DNA from: Shigella phage SP18
Sequence record: GQ981382
Direction: 5' to 3' (one strand)
Length of the DNA stretch: 64,000 bases
Made by a program: the position numbers and the translations under genes. Every line of letters begins with the position of its first letter. Within the stretch, counting starts at the first letter, position 1. Below the pieces are notes generated by a model. That model searched no databases. It saw only the letters and a list, made by a program, of their open reading frames with translations, and was not told the DNA's origin. Below, piece by piece: positions 28,911 through 42,085 of this stretch.

Positions 28911-29549
28911 TTAATGACTACATACTATAGACTTTATGTATCAACATTTGAAACATCTAATGGGATAATGGTATATGGCGGTAAACGCCATTCACATTAT
29001 GAAGATTCTAAAGCGGATAGTTATTTCGGTTCTGGTACTATTGTCAAGCGAGCTAAACAAAAATACGGAAGGAAATGTTTAGTCGACATTACATGGTCTA
29101 AACCTTTTGAATCGCCTGCTCTATTAAAAGAAGCCGAAGCCTTACTAGTCAGTGAGCTTTTAGAAAGTTTCGATAATTGTGCAAATTTACATCCAACAGG
29201 GGGAGGTGGACCAGAAGGTTATAGTTGTCCAGAAGATTCCCCTGCCTTTGGTAAAAAGAGAACAGCAGAATCAAGAAAACGAATGTCAGACGCAGCAAAA
29301 CAAAGGGAATGGTCAGAAGAAGGATTAAAACGTCGTAAAGAATCAACAGCTCGAATGTGGATTGATTTTAAGGACAGACATCCAGATTTTTCTGATGATA
29401 AAAATCCGGCCGCGCGTAAAATTATTACCGGCGACCTAGAATTTTGTACCGGAAGAAAATGTGCAGAATATTATTCGATAACACCGGCGACGGTCATTTA
29501 CAGATGTAAAAGTACAGCCGAAAAATGGAAATTATGGAATTATGCGTAA
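28911..29549 (+). mobile_element. free-standing GIY-YIG-type homing-endonuclease cassette inserted between genes 13 and 14
   Basis: Genes 13 and 14 are adjacent in T4; inserted ORF has homing-endonuclease hallmarks. Confidence 0.5.
28914..29549 (+). CDS. putative GIY-YIG-type homing endonuclease (seg-like) with NUMOD3-like motifs and I-TevI-like C-terminal DNA-binding tail
   Basis: Inserted between genes 13 and 14 (adjacent in T4); degenerate GIY/YIG segment YRLYV...IMVYGG; C-terminus ...[16 protein letters not shown] resembles I-TevI end. Confidence 0.6.
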   Translation: MTTYYRLYVSTFETSNGIMVYGGKRHSHYEDSKADSYFGSGTIVKRAKQKYGRKCLVDITWSKPFESPALLKEAEALLVSELLESFDNCANLHPTGGGGPEGYSCPEDSPAFGKKRTAESRKRMSDAAKQREWSEEGLKRRKESTARMWIDFKDRHPDFSDDKNPAARKIITGDLEFCTGRKCAEYYSITPATVIYRCKSTAEKWKLWNYA

Positions 29550-30330
29550 TTCTTATGATGCAAGCTTATTCGCTCGGCTCGAAGATGGAACCGGGTATGA
29601 CAATACAAACTCGTCAGAGATACTCAACCAATATGTAAACTTTATGCATCATGAAAATACCCAGACTTTAGCAGATGCTATTGTTGCTGAAAGTATTCAG
29701 ATGCGCGGAATGTCTCTCTATTATATCCCAAGACAATTCGTTAAACCAGATTTGTTATTCGGTGAAGACCTCCAGAGTAAATTTGATAAAGCATGGAAAT
29801 TTGCTGGTTATCTGGATACGTTCGATGCTTATCAGGGTGATGGTTCTATCTTTAGTAAATGGGGTATGTCTGTGAACGATGAAATCACAATATCGATTAA
29901 CCCTAATCTGTTTAAACACCAATGCAATGGAACTGAACCTATTGCCGGGGATTTGATTTATTTCCCTCTTGATAACAGCCTGTTCGAGATAACCTGGGTG
30001 CAACCTTATGACCCGTTCTATCAGGTAGGTCAAAACGCCATTCGTAAAATAACTGCGAGCAAATACATTTACTCCGGGGAAGAGCTTAAACCTGAATTAC
30101 AACGAAATGAAGGTATTAATATTTCAGAATTCAGTGAGCTCGATTTGCAACCAATCCACAATATCGATGGCCTTACAGATATCAGCGATATCCCTTATGC
30201 AGAATCCGATGAGATTAACGCAGAAGCGGCTGAATATGTTAAACCATATTTTGTGCAGAACGGTCGTGGACTTGAGTCTCCTCCTAAGGCAAAACAGGAT
30301 AGCTTTGACGATAGTTTCTTTGACGAATAA
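29542..30330 (+). CDS. 14: gp14 neck protein
   Basis: Strong similarity to recalled T4 gp14 (...ILNQYVNF...[24 protein letters not shown]...). Confidence 0.9.
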   Translation: MRNSYDASLFARLEDGTGYDNTNSSEILNQYVNFMHHENTQTLADAIVAESIQMRGMSLYYIPRQFVKPDLLFGEDLQSKFDKAWKFAGYLDTFDAYQGDGSIFSKWGMSVNDEITISINPNLFKHQCNGTEPIAGDLIYFPLDNSLFEITWVQPYDPFYQVGQNAIRKITASKYIYSGEELKPELQRNEGINISEFSELDLQPIHNIDGLTDISDIPYAESDEINAEAAEYVKPYFVQNGRGLESPPKAKQDSFDDSFFDE

Positions 30331-30373
30331 ATACATTTATTAATGCGCCCGAACTGGGCGCCTGGAGGTTACT

Positions 30374-31245
30374 TTGTTTGGGCATTTTTATAATTCGTCT
30401 CTGCGTCGCTATATCGTTTTAATGGGCGATTTATTTTCCCATGTACAAGTGGCCAGAACCAGAGAAGACACTGGACTTAAATATATTAAGGTCCCTATTT
30501 CTTATGCGTCAAAAGAAAAATTCATGATGCAGCTTGGAAAATGGACCGCTATTCAGAATACACCGACTCCTGACATGTCGCCACAAGAACGTGCTGCTCA
30601 GAAGGCTAAAATCGAGACCGTATTGCCCCGTATGAACCTACATATGGTTGACTTGATGTATAACGGACAATATAAAACGGCTCTCCAGAATCACACACAG
30701 GCGCGATTTGCTAATAACGACCCTCGCAAGCAGATATCTCAATATTCTCCTGTGCCGGTCAAAATGATTTTCGAGCTTGGAATATATACAAGGCATCAAG
30801 ATGATATGTTCCAGATTATCGAACAAATCATGCCTTACTTCCAGCCACACTTTAATACAACCATCACCGAACTTTATACGAATGAAATTACGTTCGAACG
30901 TGATATAAGAATTGTATTGCAGTCCATAGCAATGGATGAGCAAATTGAAGGTGATGCAATGACTCGTCGTAGACTCGAATGGTCCATTATGTTCGAAGTT
31001 AACGGTTGGTTATATCCACCGGTCAAGGAAGTAGCCGGGGAAATCCGTACTATCTATCTTGACTTCTTTGCAAATTCCAGAGAGCTTGCACCGGAAGGTA
31101 ATTTCGAATCTGTTGACTCGGAAGCCGTTCCACGAGACGTCGACCAAGAAGACTGGCAAGGCGAATCTGTTCAAACCTATTCGCAGGATATTCCTGTACC
31201 GGTTGACCCAGCACCTCCAGCTCCAAGAAAAAATAGGGTACCATT

Positions 31246-31249
<4 letters not shown>
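30374..31249 (+). CDS. 15: gp15 tail sheath stabiliser and completion protein
   Basis: [13 protein letters not shown]... matches recalled T4 gp15. Confidence 0.9.
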
Positions 31250-33556
<2,307 letters not shown>

Positions 33557-33585
33557 AAGTAAAGCAAACTATTAGAGGACTCAAA

Positions 33586-35565
33586 ATGGCTTTATTATCC
33601 CCGGGCATTGAGCTCAAAGAAACAACGGTCCAAAGCACTGTTGTTCGTAACGCGACGGGTCGTGCGGCGCTGGTTGGTAAATTCCAGTGGGGCCCAGCTT
33701 TCCAGGTAACTCAGATTACAAACGAAGTAGAACTTGTTGATTTGTTTGGTGGCCCGAACAATATCACGGCTGACTACTTTATGAGTGGAATGAACTTCCT
33801 TCAATATGGTAATGACCTGCGTACTGTTCGTGTAGTTAACCGCGACCACGCTAAAAACGCATCCCCGGTAGCAGGGAACATTGAAAGTACAATCGCTACT
33901 GCTGGTTCTAACTATGCAGTCGGTGACGCTATCCAGGTTAAATACAACCAGACTGTTGTTGAAACTTCTGGCCGTATCACCAAGGTTGACGTTGACGGGA
34001 AAATCCTCGCGGTCTTCATTCCGTCTGACAAAATTATTTCCTTTGCAAAATCTGTAAACCAGTATCCCGCTTTAGGCTCGGCTTGGACTGCTGAAATCCT
34101 GACCACTTCTTCAGGTGTGTCTGGCACGATTACCCTCGGGAAAATTGTTACCGATTCTGGTATCCTGTTGACCGAAGCAGAAAATAGTGAAGAAGCTATT
34201 ACCTCTCTGGAATTCCAGGCTTCCCTGCAGAAATATGCAATGCCGGGTGTTGTTGCTCTTTATCCTGGTGAAATCGGTTCGACTCTCGAAGTTGAAATCG
34301 TTTCCAAAGCTGCTTATGATGCTGGCTCTTCAAAGATGCTTGACATCTATCCGAATGGCGGTTCCCGTGCTTCTGTAGCTCGTGCAGTGTTTAACTATGG
34401 CCCACAGTCTGACGACCAGTATGCAATCATCGTTCGCCGTGATGGTGATATCGTTGAAAACGTCGTTCTGTCAACTAAAGAAGGCGATAAAGACGTTTAC
34501 GGCAACAACATTTATCTGGATGACTACTTTGCAAAAGGTACTTCCAATTACATCTATGCAACTTCTCTGAACTGGCCAAAAGGTTTTGCAGGCATCATCA
34601 ATCTGATGGGCGGTATTTCTGCAAACGACCAGGTGACCGCTGGTGATTTGATGCAAGGTTGGGACCTGTTTGCTGACCGTGAAGCACTGCATATTAACCT
34701 GCTTATTGCTGGTGCTTGTGCTGGTGAAGGTGATGCGACTGCTTCCACTGTTCAGAAGCACGTAGTTTCTATCGCTGACGAACGTCAGGATTGCTTGGCA
34801 TTTATCTCTCCACCGAAAGGTCTGTTGGTTAACGTTCCCCTGACCCGCGCAGTGGATAACCTGATTGACTGGCGTACAGGTAGTGGTGCATTTGATACTG
34901 ATAACATGAATATCAGCACGACTTATGCAGCGATTGATGGCAACTATAAATATCAGTATGATAAATATAACGACGTTAACCGTTGGGTTCCTCTGGCAGC
35001 TGATATGGCTGGTCTGTGTGCTCGTACTGATGATGTTTCTCAGCCTTGGATGTCTCCGGCCGGCTATAACCGTGGTCAGATTCTGAACGTTCTGAAATTG
35101 GCAATCGAACCACGTCAGACTCAACGTGACCGCATGTATCAGGAAGCTATCAACCCGGTTGTTGGTTTCGCAGGTGGCGATGGTTTTGTTCTGTACGGTG
35201 ATAAGACTGCAACTAAAGTTCCATCTCCGATGGACCATATCAACGTTCGCCGTCTTACGAATATGCTGAAGAAAAATATCGGTGACGCATCCAAATATAA
35301 ACTGTTTGAGCTTAACGATAACTTCACTCGTGCATCATTCCGTATGGAAACTTCTCAATACTTGGATGGTATTCGTGCGCTCGGTGGCATTTATGAAGGT
35401 CGTGTAGTTTGTGATACTACTAACAACACCCCAGCGGTCATAGACCGCAATGAGTTCGTTGCTAGCATTTATTATAAGCCTGCGCGCAGCATCAACTATA
35501 TACAGCTTAATTTCGTAGCCACTAGCACTGGTGCTGATTTTGATGAGTTGATTGGGCCACAATAA
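33586..35565 (+). CDS. 18: gp18 tail sheath protein
   Basis: 659 aa as in T4; late promoter TATAAATA at 33549-33556. Confidence 0.9.
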   Translation: MALLSPGIELKETTVQSTVVRNATGRAALVGKFQWGPAFQVTQITNEVELVDLFGGPNNITADYFMSGMNFLQYGNDLRTVRVVNRDHAKNASPVAGNIESTIATAGSNYAVGDAIQVKYNQTVVETSGRITKVDVDGKILAVFIPSDKIISFAKSVNQYPALGSAWTAEILTTSSGVSGTITLGKIVTDSGILLTEAENSEEAITSLEFQASLQKYAMPGVVALYPGEIGSTLEVEIVSKAAYDAGSSKMLDIYPNGGSRASVARAVFNYGPQSDDQYAIIVRRDGDIVENVVLSTKEGDKDVYGNNIYLDDYFAKGTSNYIYATSLNWPKGFAGIINLMGGISANDQVTAGDLMQGWDLFADREALHINLLIAGACAGEGDATASTVQKHVVSIADERQDCLAFISPPKGLLVNVPLTRAVDNLIDWRTGSGAFDTDNMNISTTYAAIDGNYKYQYDKYNDVNRWVPLAADMAGLCARTDDVSQPWMSPAGYNRGQILNVLKLAIEPRQTQRDRMYQEAINPVVGFAGGDGFVLYGDKTATKVPSPMDHINVRRLTNMLKKNIGDASKYKLFELNDNFTRASFRMETSQYLDGIRALGGIYEGRVVCDTTNNTPAVIDRNEFVASIYYKPARSINYIQLNFVATSTGADFDELIGPQ

Positions 35566-35601
35566 TTATCATCGCTTAGAAAGAATTAATTAGCAGCAAA
35601 A

Positions 35602-35652
35602 CCGTAGAACCATTATACAGTGCTATAAATAAAAGCATAATCGGTTCTACGG
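35602..35652 (-). promoter_or_regulatory. MotA-box middle promoter (ATGCTTTTA-N12-TATAAT-GGTTCTACGG) on minus strand between genes 18 and 19; -10 lies between 10-bp inverted repeats CCGTAGAACC/GGTTCTACGG
   Basis: Fourth copy of the conserved promoter block; inverted repeat at 35602-35611 and 35643-35652. Confidence 0.5.
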
Positions 35653-35710
35653 GCTCCTGTGGTTGATTCTGGGAAGCCATTATCTTGAGATGATGAATCA
35701 TATTACCTAG

Positions 35711-35718
35711 TATAAATA
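35711..35718 (+). promoter_or_regulatory. late promoter TATAAATA upstream of gene 19 (second copy at 35624-35631)
   Basis: Exact consensus motifs in the 205-nt gp18-gp19 spacer. Confidence 0.55.
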
Positions 35719-35770
35719 CATGCATCAGGGACGCGTTCGCGCGACCTGTGTCTATAAAGAGGATTCCTTA

Positions 35771-36262
35771 ATGGAACTTACCGATATCACCAGAGCCTTC
35801 GAGTCAGGGGACTTTGCTCGCCCTAACTTGTTCGAAGTCGAAATCCCATTCCTGGGTAAAAACTTTGCTTTCCATTGTAAAGCAGCCCCGATGCCAGCTG
35901 GCATTGTAGAAAAAGTTCCGGTCGGTTACATGAACCGTAAAATCAACGTAGCGGGTGACCGTACATTTGATGACTGGACTATTACGATTTATAACGACGA
36001 TGCTCATAAAGTTCGTCAAGCAATTGTTGATTGGCAAAATCTGTGTCACGGTATGACTAACGAAATCACCGGTGCAGCTCCTGCTGATTATAAGAAAACT
36101 GCTACTGTCCGCCAGTTCCATCGTGACGGCAAGACCATTACGAAAGAAGTTGTTATTACCGGCATGTGGCCAACCAACGTTGGGGAAGTCCAGATGGATT
36201 GGGACAGTAATAATGAGATTGAGACGTTTGAAACGACGTTCGCAATTGACTGGTGGGAATAA
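35771..36262 (+). CDS. 19: gp19 tail tube protein
   Basis: ATG at 35771 with AAGAGG RBS; ...TRAFESGDFARPNLFEVEI... matches recalled T4 gp19; 163 aa. Confidence 0.9.
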   Translation: MELTDITRAFESGDFARPNLFEVEIPFLGKNFAFHCKAAPMPAGIVEKVPVGYMNRKINVAGDRTFDDWTITIYNDDAHKVRQAIVDWQNLCHGMTNEITGAAPADYKKTATVRQFHRDGKTITKEVVITGMWPTNVGEVQMDWDSNNEIETFETTFAIDWWE

Positions 36263-36263
36263 G

Positions 36264-36271
36264 TATAAATA
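36264..36271 (+). promoter_or_regulatory. late promoter TATAAATA upstream of gene 20
   Basis: Exact consensus immediately after gp19 stop. Confidence 0.65.
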
Positions 36272-36319
36272 AAGTTATTATGAGGCTTCGGCCTCATTTC
36301 CCAAACTTCGGAGACTCTA

Positions 36320-37894
36320 ATGGCAGGTTTTAACACAATACTAAATTTTCTTAAGCCTTGGGCTAAAGAAGATGAACAAGAATATAAGCAACAAGAAAAA
36401 AATAATTTAGAGTCAATGACCGGGCCGAAGTTTGATGATGGGGCTCGCGAAATTGAGTCACAAGAACAAAACGTCCCGTATAATGCATTGATGCAACAGA
36501 TGTTCGGGAGCAATGAACCTGAAGTAAAAAATACCAGGGAATTAATTGACACTTACCGCAACCTACTAAATAATTATGAAGTTGATAACGCGGTGCAAGA
36601 AATTGTGTCTGATGCTATCGTTTTTGAAGACGGTAAAGATGTTGTAGCTCTTAACCTTGATGCTACCGAATTTAGTCAGAAAATTAAAGACCGAATCCTT
36701 GAAGAATTCGCGGAAGTTAATAACCTCCTTAATTTCGAGCGTAAAGGTTCTGACCATTTTAAACGTTGGTACGTGGATTCTCGAATTTTCTTCCACAAAA
36801 TTATCAACCCATCAAAACTTAAAGATGGTGTCCAAGAACTTCGTCGTCTTGACCCAAGACAAATCCAGTTCATCCGTGAAATCGTTACACGCATGGAAAA
36901 TGGTACAAAAATTGTCGACGGTTACAGAGAATATTTTGTATACGATACGGGCCATGAAAGTTATTGTGCCGATGGTCGTATATATGAAGCAGGTACTAAA
37001 ATAAAAATTCCTCGTGCGGCAATTGTATATGCGCATTCTGGATTACTCGATTGTTGTGGCAAGAATATCATCGGATACTTGCAACGAGCAATTAAACCTG
37101 CAAACCAATTAAAACTATTAGAAGATGCTTTAGTCATTTATCGTATAACTCGTGCTCCAGACCGCCGAGTCTTTTATATCGATACCGGGAATATGCCGTC
37201 TCGTAAAGCAGCAGCACACATGCAACATATTATGAACACGATGAAAAACCGTGTCGTATATGATGCAACCACGGGTAAAATCAAAAACCAACAGCACAAC
37301 ATGTCAATGACAGAAGATTATTGGTTGCAACGTCGTGATGGTAAAGCAGTCACTGAAGTTGATACACTCCCGGGTGCGCAAGGCATGTCGGATATGGACG
37401 ATATTCGCTGGTTTAAGAACAACCTATATCAGGCTCTCCGAATTCCATTATCTCGTATTCCTAACGACCAGAACAGCGGCGTTATGTTTGATGCGGGTGC
37501 GACAATTACTCGCGATGAATTGAATTTCTCTAAATGGATTCGACAGCTACAGAATAAATTTGAAGAAGTTTTCCTCGACCCGCTTAAAACCAACCTTATC
37601 CTGAAAAAAATTATTTCAGAAGAGGAATGGGAAAAGGAACTAAATAATATTAAAGTTACGTTCAACCGTGATAGCTATTTCACCGAAATGAAAGATGCAG
37701 AAATCATGGAACGCAGAATCAATATGCTAACGATGGCTGAACCGTTTATCGGTAAATATATTTCGCATCAAACGGCTATGAAGGATTTCCTCCAGATGTC
37801 TGATGAAGAAATTAATCAAGAAGCTAAGCAAATTGAATTGGAGTCCAAAGAGGCTCGTTTCCAAAACCCTGAAGAAGAAGAAGAGGATTTCTAA
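36320..37894 (+). CDS. 20: gp20 portal vertex protein
   Basis: 524 aa; high similarity to recalled T4 gp20. Confidence 0.9.
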   Translation: MAGFNTILNFLKPWAKEDEQEYKQQEKNNLESMTGPKFDDGAREIESQEQNVPYNALMQQMFGSNEPEVKNTRELIDTYRNLLNNYEVDNAVQEIVSDAIVFEDGKDVVALNLDATEFSQKIKDRILEEFAEVNNLLNFERKGSDHFKRWYVDSRIFFHKIINPSKLKDGVQELRRLDPRQIQFIREIVTRMENGTKIVDGYREYFVYDTGHESYCADGRIYEAGTKIKIPRAAIVYAHSGLLDCCGKNIIGYLQRAIKPANQLKLLEDALVIYRITRAPDRRVFYIDTGNMPSRKAAAHMQHIMNTMKNRVVYDATTGKIKNQQHNMSMTEDYWLQRRDGKAVTEVDTLPGAQGMSDMDDIRWFKNNLYQALRIPLSRIPNDQNSGVMFDAGATITRDELNFSKWIRQLQNKFEEVFLDPLKTNLILKKIISEEEWEKELNNIKVTFNRDSYFTEMKDAEIMERRINMLTMAEPFIGKYISHQTAMKDFLQMSDEEINQEAKQIELESKEARFQNPEEEEEDF

Positions 37895-38145
37895 TGGATG
37901 ATTTATTTGAAGCCATTAAATCAAACGACCTCGTAGCCGTTCGCAAATATTTTGCTGAAAACATTGGCCCAGTATGCGGTAGTTTGATTGAAGAACGTAA
38001 GATTGAAATTGCACGTTCCATCATGATTGAAGGCGAAGAGCCTAAAGAAGAAGATGAAGACGACGGTAAAGCAGAAAAGAAAGACAAAAAAGAATCTGAT
38101 GACGCTGACGAAGGCGACGACGATGAAGATGAGGACGATGAATAA
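37894..38145 (+). CDS. 67: gp67 prohead core protein
   Basis: 83 aa, acidic C-terminus, conserved position after portal. Confidence 0.75.
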   Translation: MDDLFEAIKSNDLVAVRKYFAENIGPVCGSLIEERKIEIARSIMIEGEEPKEEDEDDGKAEKKDKKESDDADEGDDDEDEDDE

Positions 38146-38573
38146 TGTTTATTATCCCTGATGATTACGAATTAACTCTTGAAAACATTGAAAGTGTTTC
38201 CGAAGAAGCTCAGGGACAATTTGATTCATTATCTGAAGCCTTAGAAAAAGACGATATAAATATTATTGTAGAAAACATGTTTGCAGCCGGTGAATACGAA
38301 AAAGCAACGGTTATCGGCGCTCTGAATGAAGGTGTTCAGCTTAACGAATTTATCGTTAAACATGTATCGTCTCGCGGTGAGTTAACCCGCACAAAAGACC
38401 GAGCTACTCGTAAGCGTAATGCTTTCCAAACAACTGGTCTTTCTAAAGCTAAACGTCGTCAAATTGCCCGTCTGGCTACTAAAACGAAAAGAGCAAACCC
38501 ATCTACGCAAATCAGAGCAGAGCGCAAGCGCAAAAAAGCTCGAGCTAAGCGTAAAGCATTCGGACTTGATTAA
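38145..38573 (+). CDS. 68: gp68 prohead core protein
   Basis: 142 aa in conserved position. Confidence 0.75.
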   Translation: MFIIPDDYELTLENIESVSEEAQGQFDSLSEALEKDDINIIVENMFAAGEYEKATVIGALNEGVQLNEFIVKHVSSRGELTRTKDRATRKRNAFQTTGLSKAKRRQIARLATKTKRANPSTQIRAERKRKKARAKRKAFGLD

Positions 38574-39211
38574 TGGAACAGAAACCAGAGTTACTAATCG
38601 AACACTGGGGTCAACCGGGCGAAATTAAAGATGGTGTACCGATGTTGGAATCTCATGATGGTTCCAGCAGCGGTTTAAAGCCAGGACTTTATATTGAAGG
38701 TATTTTCCTACAAGCTGAAGTTGTTAACCGTAATAAACGACTTTATCCTAAACATATTTTGGAAAAAGCCGTTGCGGACTATATCGCCGAACAGGTTGAA
38801 ACCAAGCAGTCTCTTGGAGAATTAAACCATCCACCTCGTGCAAACGTTGACCCTATGCAGGCGGCAATTATTATCGAGGACATGTGGTGGAAAGGGAATG
38901 ATGTATATGGCCGCGCGCGTATTATCGAAGGCGACCATGGCCCAGGTGATAAACTTGCTGCGAATATAAGAGCAGGTTGGATTCCTGGTGTATCTAGTCG
39001 TGGACTTGGTTCCTTGACTAAATCAGCAAAAGGTTATAGCATCGTTAATGAAGGTTTTAAATTGACGGTTGGAGTAGATGCAGTATGGGGGCCAAGTGCT
39101 CCGGACGCTTGGGTCAAACCAAAGCAGATTACAGAATCACAAACGGCAGTTGCCGATACCAGTGCCGATGACGCCTTTATGGCTCTCGCAGAGGCTTTAA
39201 AGACGTTATAA
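38573..39211 (+). CDS. 21: gp21 prohead core scaffold protein and protease
   Basis: 212 aa as in T4. Confidence 0.85.
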   Translation: MEQKPELLIEHWGQPGEIKDGVPMLESHDGSSSGLKPGLYIEGIFLQAEVVNRNKRLYPKHILEKAVADYIAEQVETKQSLGELNHPPRANVDPMQAAIIIEDMWWKGNDVYGRARIIEGDHGPGDKLAANIRAGWIPGVSSRGLGSLTKSAKGYSIVNEGFKLTVGVDAVWGPSAPDAWVKPKQITESQTAVADTSADDAFMALAEALKTL

Positions 39212-39214
39212 ATA
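39207..39214 (+). promoter_or_regulatory. late promoter TATAAATA upstream of gene 22
   Basis: Exact consensus 30 nt before ATG. Confidence 0.65.
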
Positions 39215-39243
39215 AATGTATATCTTAACAACAGGACTACAAA

Positions 39244-40062
39244 ATGCTTAAAGAACAACTCATTTCTGAAGCTCAGAATATCGATGCTTCCGTTGCTCTT
39301 GATAGTATTTTCGAATCAGTTAATTTGTCCCCGGAAGCGAAAGCTACCTTCGGCACTGTATTCGAAGCTACCGTCAAGCAACACGCCATCAAACTGGCAG
39401 AATCTCACATTCACGCCATCGCTGAAAAAGCTGAAGAAGAAGTCGAAAAGAATAAAGAAGAAGCCGACGAAAAAGCAGAGAAAAAACTGAAAGAATCTGC
39501 AGCTAAATTCCTGGACCACGTTGCTAAAGAATGGCTCGCTGAAAATAAACTGGCTGTCGACCGCGGCATTAAAGCTGACCTGTTCGAATCCATGTTCACC
39601 GGCATGAAAGAACTGTTCGTTGAGCACAACGTTGTTGTTCCAGAAGAATCTGTCGATGTTGTTGCAGAAATGCAGGAAGAACTGGCTGAACAGAAAGAAG
39701 AAACCGCTAATCTGTTCGAAGAAGTTGCTAAGCGTGATGCTTATATCAATTATGTCCAACGTGAAGTTGCGTTGACTGAAGCGACTAAAGACCTGACTGA
39801 ATCCCAAAAAGAAAAAGTTGGTTCTCTGGTAGAAGGCATGGAATACTCTGATGCATTCGGTACCAAAATTGGCGCTATCGTTGAAATGGTTAAAGGTCAG
39901 GTAGAACCCACCAACAAACCAATCACCGAAGCCGCTATAAATAAAAATGTAGACGATGCTGCGGCACTGAATTACATTTCAGAAGCAGTTGAAGAAAAAG
40001 GCGCCAAGCCTACCCTGTCCTTCGCGGACTTGTCTGCTCTCGCAGCATCACGAATTTCTTAA
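39244..40062 (+). CDS. 22: gp22 prohead core scaffold protein
   Basis: 272 aa, highly charged helical; late promoter at 39207-39214. Confidence 0.85.
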   Translation: MLKEQLISEAQNIDASVALDSIFESVNLSPEAKATFGTVFEATVKQHAIKLAESHIHAIAEKAEEEVEKNKEEADEKAEKKLKESAAKFLDHVAKEWLAENKLAVDRGIKADLFESMFTGMKELFVEHNVVVPEESVDVVAEMQEELAEQKEETANLFEEVAKRDAYINYVQREVALTEATKDLTESQKEKVGSLVEGMEYSDAFGTKIGAIVEMVKGQVEPTNKPITEAAINKNVDDAAALNYISEAVEEKGAKPTLSFADLSALAASRIS

Positions 40063-40083
40063 TTTAATAAGGTTATACAACAC

Positions 40084-41643
40084 ATGAAAAAGAATGCATT
40101 AGTTCAAAAATGGTCCGCTCTGTTGGAAAACGAAGCTCTTCCGGAAATCGTTGGTGCTTCTAAACAAGCTATCATCGCTAAAATCTTTGAAAACCAGGAA
40201 CAAGATATTCTGACCGCTCCTGAATACCGTGACGAAAAAATCTCCGAAGCATTTGGTTCTTTCCTGACCGAAGCTGAAATCGGTGGTGACCATGGTTATG
40301 ATGCTACCAATATCGCTGCTGGCCAGACCTCTGGTGCAGTAACTCAGATTGGGCCGGCAGTTATGGGTATGGTTCGTCGTGCTATCCCGCATCTGATTGC
40401 GTTTGATATTTGTGGCGTACAGCCTCTGAACAACCCGACTGGCCAGGTATTTGCACTGCGTGCAGTATACGGTAAAGACCCTGTCGCTGCTGGTGCTAAA
40501 GAAGCTTTCCATCCGATGTATGCTCCGAACGCTATGTTCTCTGGTCAGGGCGCTGCTCAGACTTTTGAAGCACTGGCTGCAAGCAAAGTTCTGGAAGTTG
40601 GTAAAATTTATTCTCACTTCTTCGAAGCAACCGGTTCTGCACACTTCCAGGCCGTTGAAGCTGTAACCGTTGATGCCGCTGCTACTGATGCTGCTAAACT
40701 GGATGCCGCCGTAACCGCTCTGTTGGAAGCTGGTAAGCTGGCTGAACTGGCTGAAGGTATGGCTACCTCCATCGCCGAACTGCAAGAAGGTTTTAACGGT
40801 TCCCAGGATAACCCGTGGAACGAAATGGGCTTCCGTATCGACAAACAAGTTATCGAAGCTAAATCTCGTCAGCTGAAAGCAAGCTACTCCATCGAACTGG
40901 CACAGGACCTCCGCGCTGTTCACGGTATGGATGCTGATGCCGAATTGAGTGGTATTCTGGCTACCGAAATTATGCTAGAAATCAACCGCGAAGTTATCGA
41001 TTGGATTAACTACTCCGCACAGGTTGGTAAATCTGGTATGACCAACACCGTTGGCGCTAAAGCTGGTGTGTTTGACTTCCAGGACCCGATTGATATCCGT
41101 GGTGCTCGTTGGGCTGGTGAAAGCTTCAAAGCTTTACTGTTCCAGATTGATAAAGAAGCCGCTGAAATCGCTCGTCAGACCGGTCGTGGTGCAGGTAACT
41201 TCATCATCGCTTCCCGTAACGTAGTTAACGTGCTGGCTGCTGTTGATACTTCTGTTAGTTATGCTGCTCAGGGTCTGGGTAAAGGTTTCAACGTTGACAC
41301 CACTAAAGCTGTGTTCGCCGGTGTTCTGGGTGGCAAATACCGTGTCTATATCGACCAGTATGCTCGTGCAGACTATTTCACCATCGGTTACAAAGGCGCT
41401 AACGAAATGGATGCTGGTATCTACTACGCACCATATGTTGCACTGACCCCGCTGCGTGGCTCTGACCCGAAAAACTTCCAGCCGGTTATGGGCTTCAAAA
41501 CCCGTTACGGTATCGGTATCAACCCGTTTGCTGACCCTGCTGCTCAGGCTCCGACCAAGCGCATTCAGAACGGCATGCCGGACATCGTTAACAGCCTTGG
41601 CTTGAACGGTTACTTCCGCCGCGTATATGTTAAAGGAATTTAA
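40084..41643 (+). CDS. 23: gp23 major capsid protein
   Basis: 519 aa; near-identical to recalled T4 gp23 over long stretches. Confidence 0.95.
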   Translation: MKKNALVQKWSALLENEALPEIVGASKQAIIAKIFENQEQDILTAPEYRDEKISEAFGSFLTEAEIGGDHGYDATNIAAGQTSGAVTQIGPAVMGMVRRAIPHLIAFDICGVQPLNNPTGQVFALRAVYGKDPVAAGAKEAFHPMYAPNAMFSGQGAAQTFEALAASKVLEVGKIYSHFFEATGSAHFQAVEAVTVDAAATDAAKLDAAVTALLEAGKLAELAEGMATSIAELQEGFNGSQDNPWNEMGFRIDKQVIEAKSRQLKASYSIELAQDLRAVHGMDADAELSGILATEIMLEINREVIDWINYSAQVGKSGMTNTVGAKAGVFDFQDPIDIRGARWAGESFKALLFQIDKEAAEIARQTGRGAGNFIIASRNVVNVLAAVDTSVSYAAQGLGKGFNVDTTKAVFAGVLGGKYRVYIDQYARADYFTIGYKGANEMDAGIYYAPYVALTPLRGSDPKNFQPVMGFKTRYGIGINPFADPAAQAPTKRIQNGMPDIVNSLGLNGYFRRVYVKGI

Positions 41644-41666
41644 TCCTAGATTAAGTTAAATAAAAA

Positions 41667-41695
41667 GGGACCCTTGAGGTCCCTTTCTTGTTTTC
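41667..41695. terminator. hairpin terminator GGGACC-CTTGA-GGTCCC between gene 23 and the minus-strand gene 41694-41975
   Basis: 6-bp GC-rich stem, T-rich 3' flank. Confidence 0.65.
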
Positions 41696-41975
41696 ATACC
41701 ATACCATTTAAATGAACTTCTACTCGGCGCTTGATAAGGTCTCTGAAGTTAACATTGTTTTCTTGAAGTTTCAACCAGTTACCATTTTTATCTTTAGTGT
41801 GAGTAGAATAATTACCATTCCACCAGAAATCAGTGTCATATGCTAAGTTTTCATATTTTTTAACTAGTTTGTTCAGAGCATTACCATTAACACCATTTGG
41901 GTATTTGTTAACCAAGGCAATAACTTCAATTTCCAGATTTTTAAAGGTGTTCAGAAGGAAAGTTGCTTTGTTCAT
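41694..41975 (-). CDS. hypothetical protein between genes 23 and 24
   Basis: 93-aa ORF with GGAG RBS and early promoter repeat upstream. Confidence 0.55.
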   Translation of the reverse strand: MNKATFLLNTFKNLEIEVIALVNKYPNGVNGNALNKLVKKYENLAYDTDFWWNGNYSTHTKDKNGNWLKLQENNVNFRDLIKRRVEVHLNGMV

Positions 41976-41997
41976 TTTTAAACTCCAGGTTTTGTTT

Positions 41998-42045
41998 GTT
42001 AACTCAGTATGGAATCATTATGTCTTATCTTAATCTGGTTGTAAA
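41998..42045 (-). promoter_or_regulatory. sigma70-like early promoter repeat (-35 TTTACA, 17 bp, -10 CATAAT, conserved leader)
   Basis: Upstream of gene 41694-41975. Confidence 0.5.
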
Positions 42046-42052
42046 CAACTTT

Positions 42053-42060
42053 TATAAATA
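42053..42060 (+). promoter_or_regulatory. late promoter TATAAATA upstream of gene 24
   Basis: Exact consensus 26 nt before ATG. Confidence 0.65.
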
Positions 42061-42085
42061 AAGTATATCACAAAAGGAAATAGCA

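Noticed and set aside
30337-30362. Hairpin GCGCCC-GAACT-GGGCGC after gene 14 as a terminator
   Set aside because: Not followed by a T-run (next bases CTGGAGG) and gene 15 begins 12 nt later; more likely an RNA structural element than a terminator.
34471-35238. 255-aa minus-strand ORF inside gene 18
   Set aside because: Antisense to the conserved tail sheath gene; no RBS and no promoter context; composition artefact.
40099-40923. 274-aa minus-strand ORF inside gene 23
   Set aside because: Antisense to the major capsid protein gene, which is near-identical to T4 in the sense frame.
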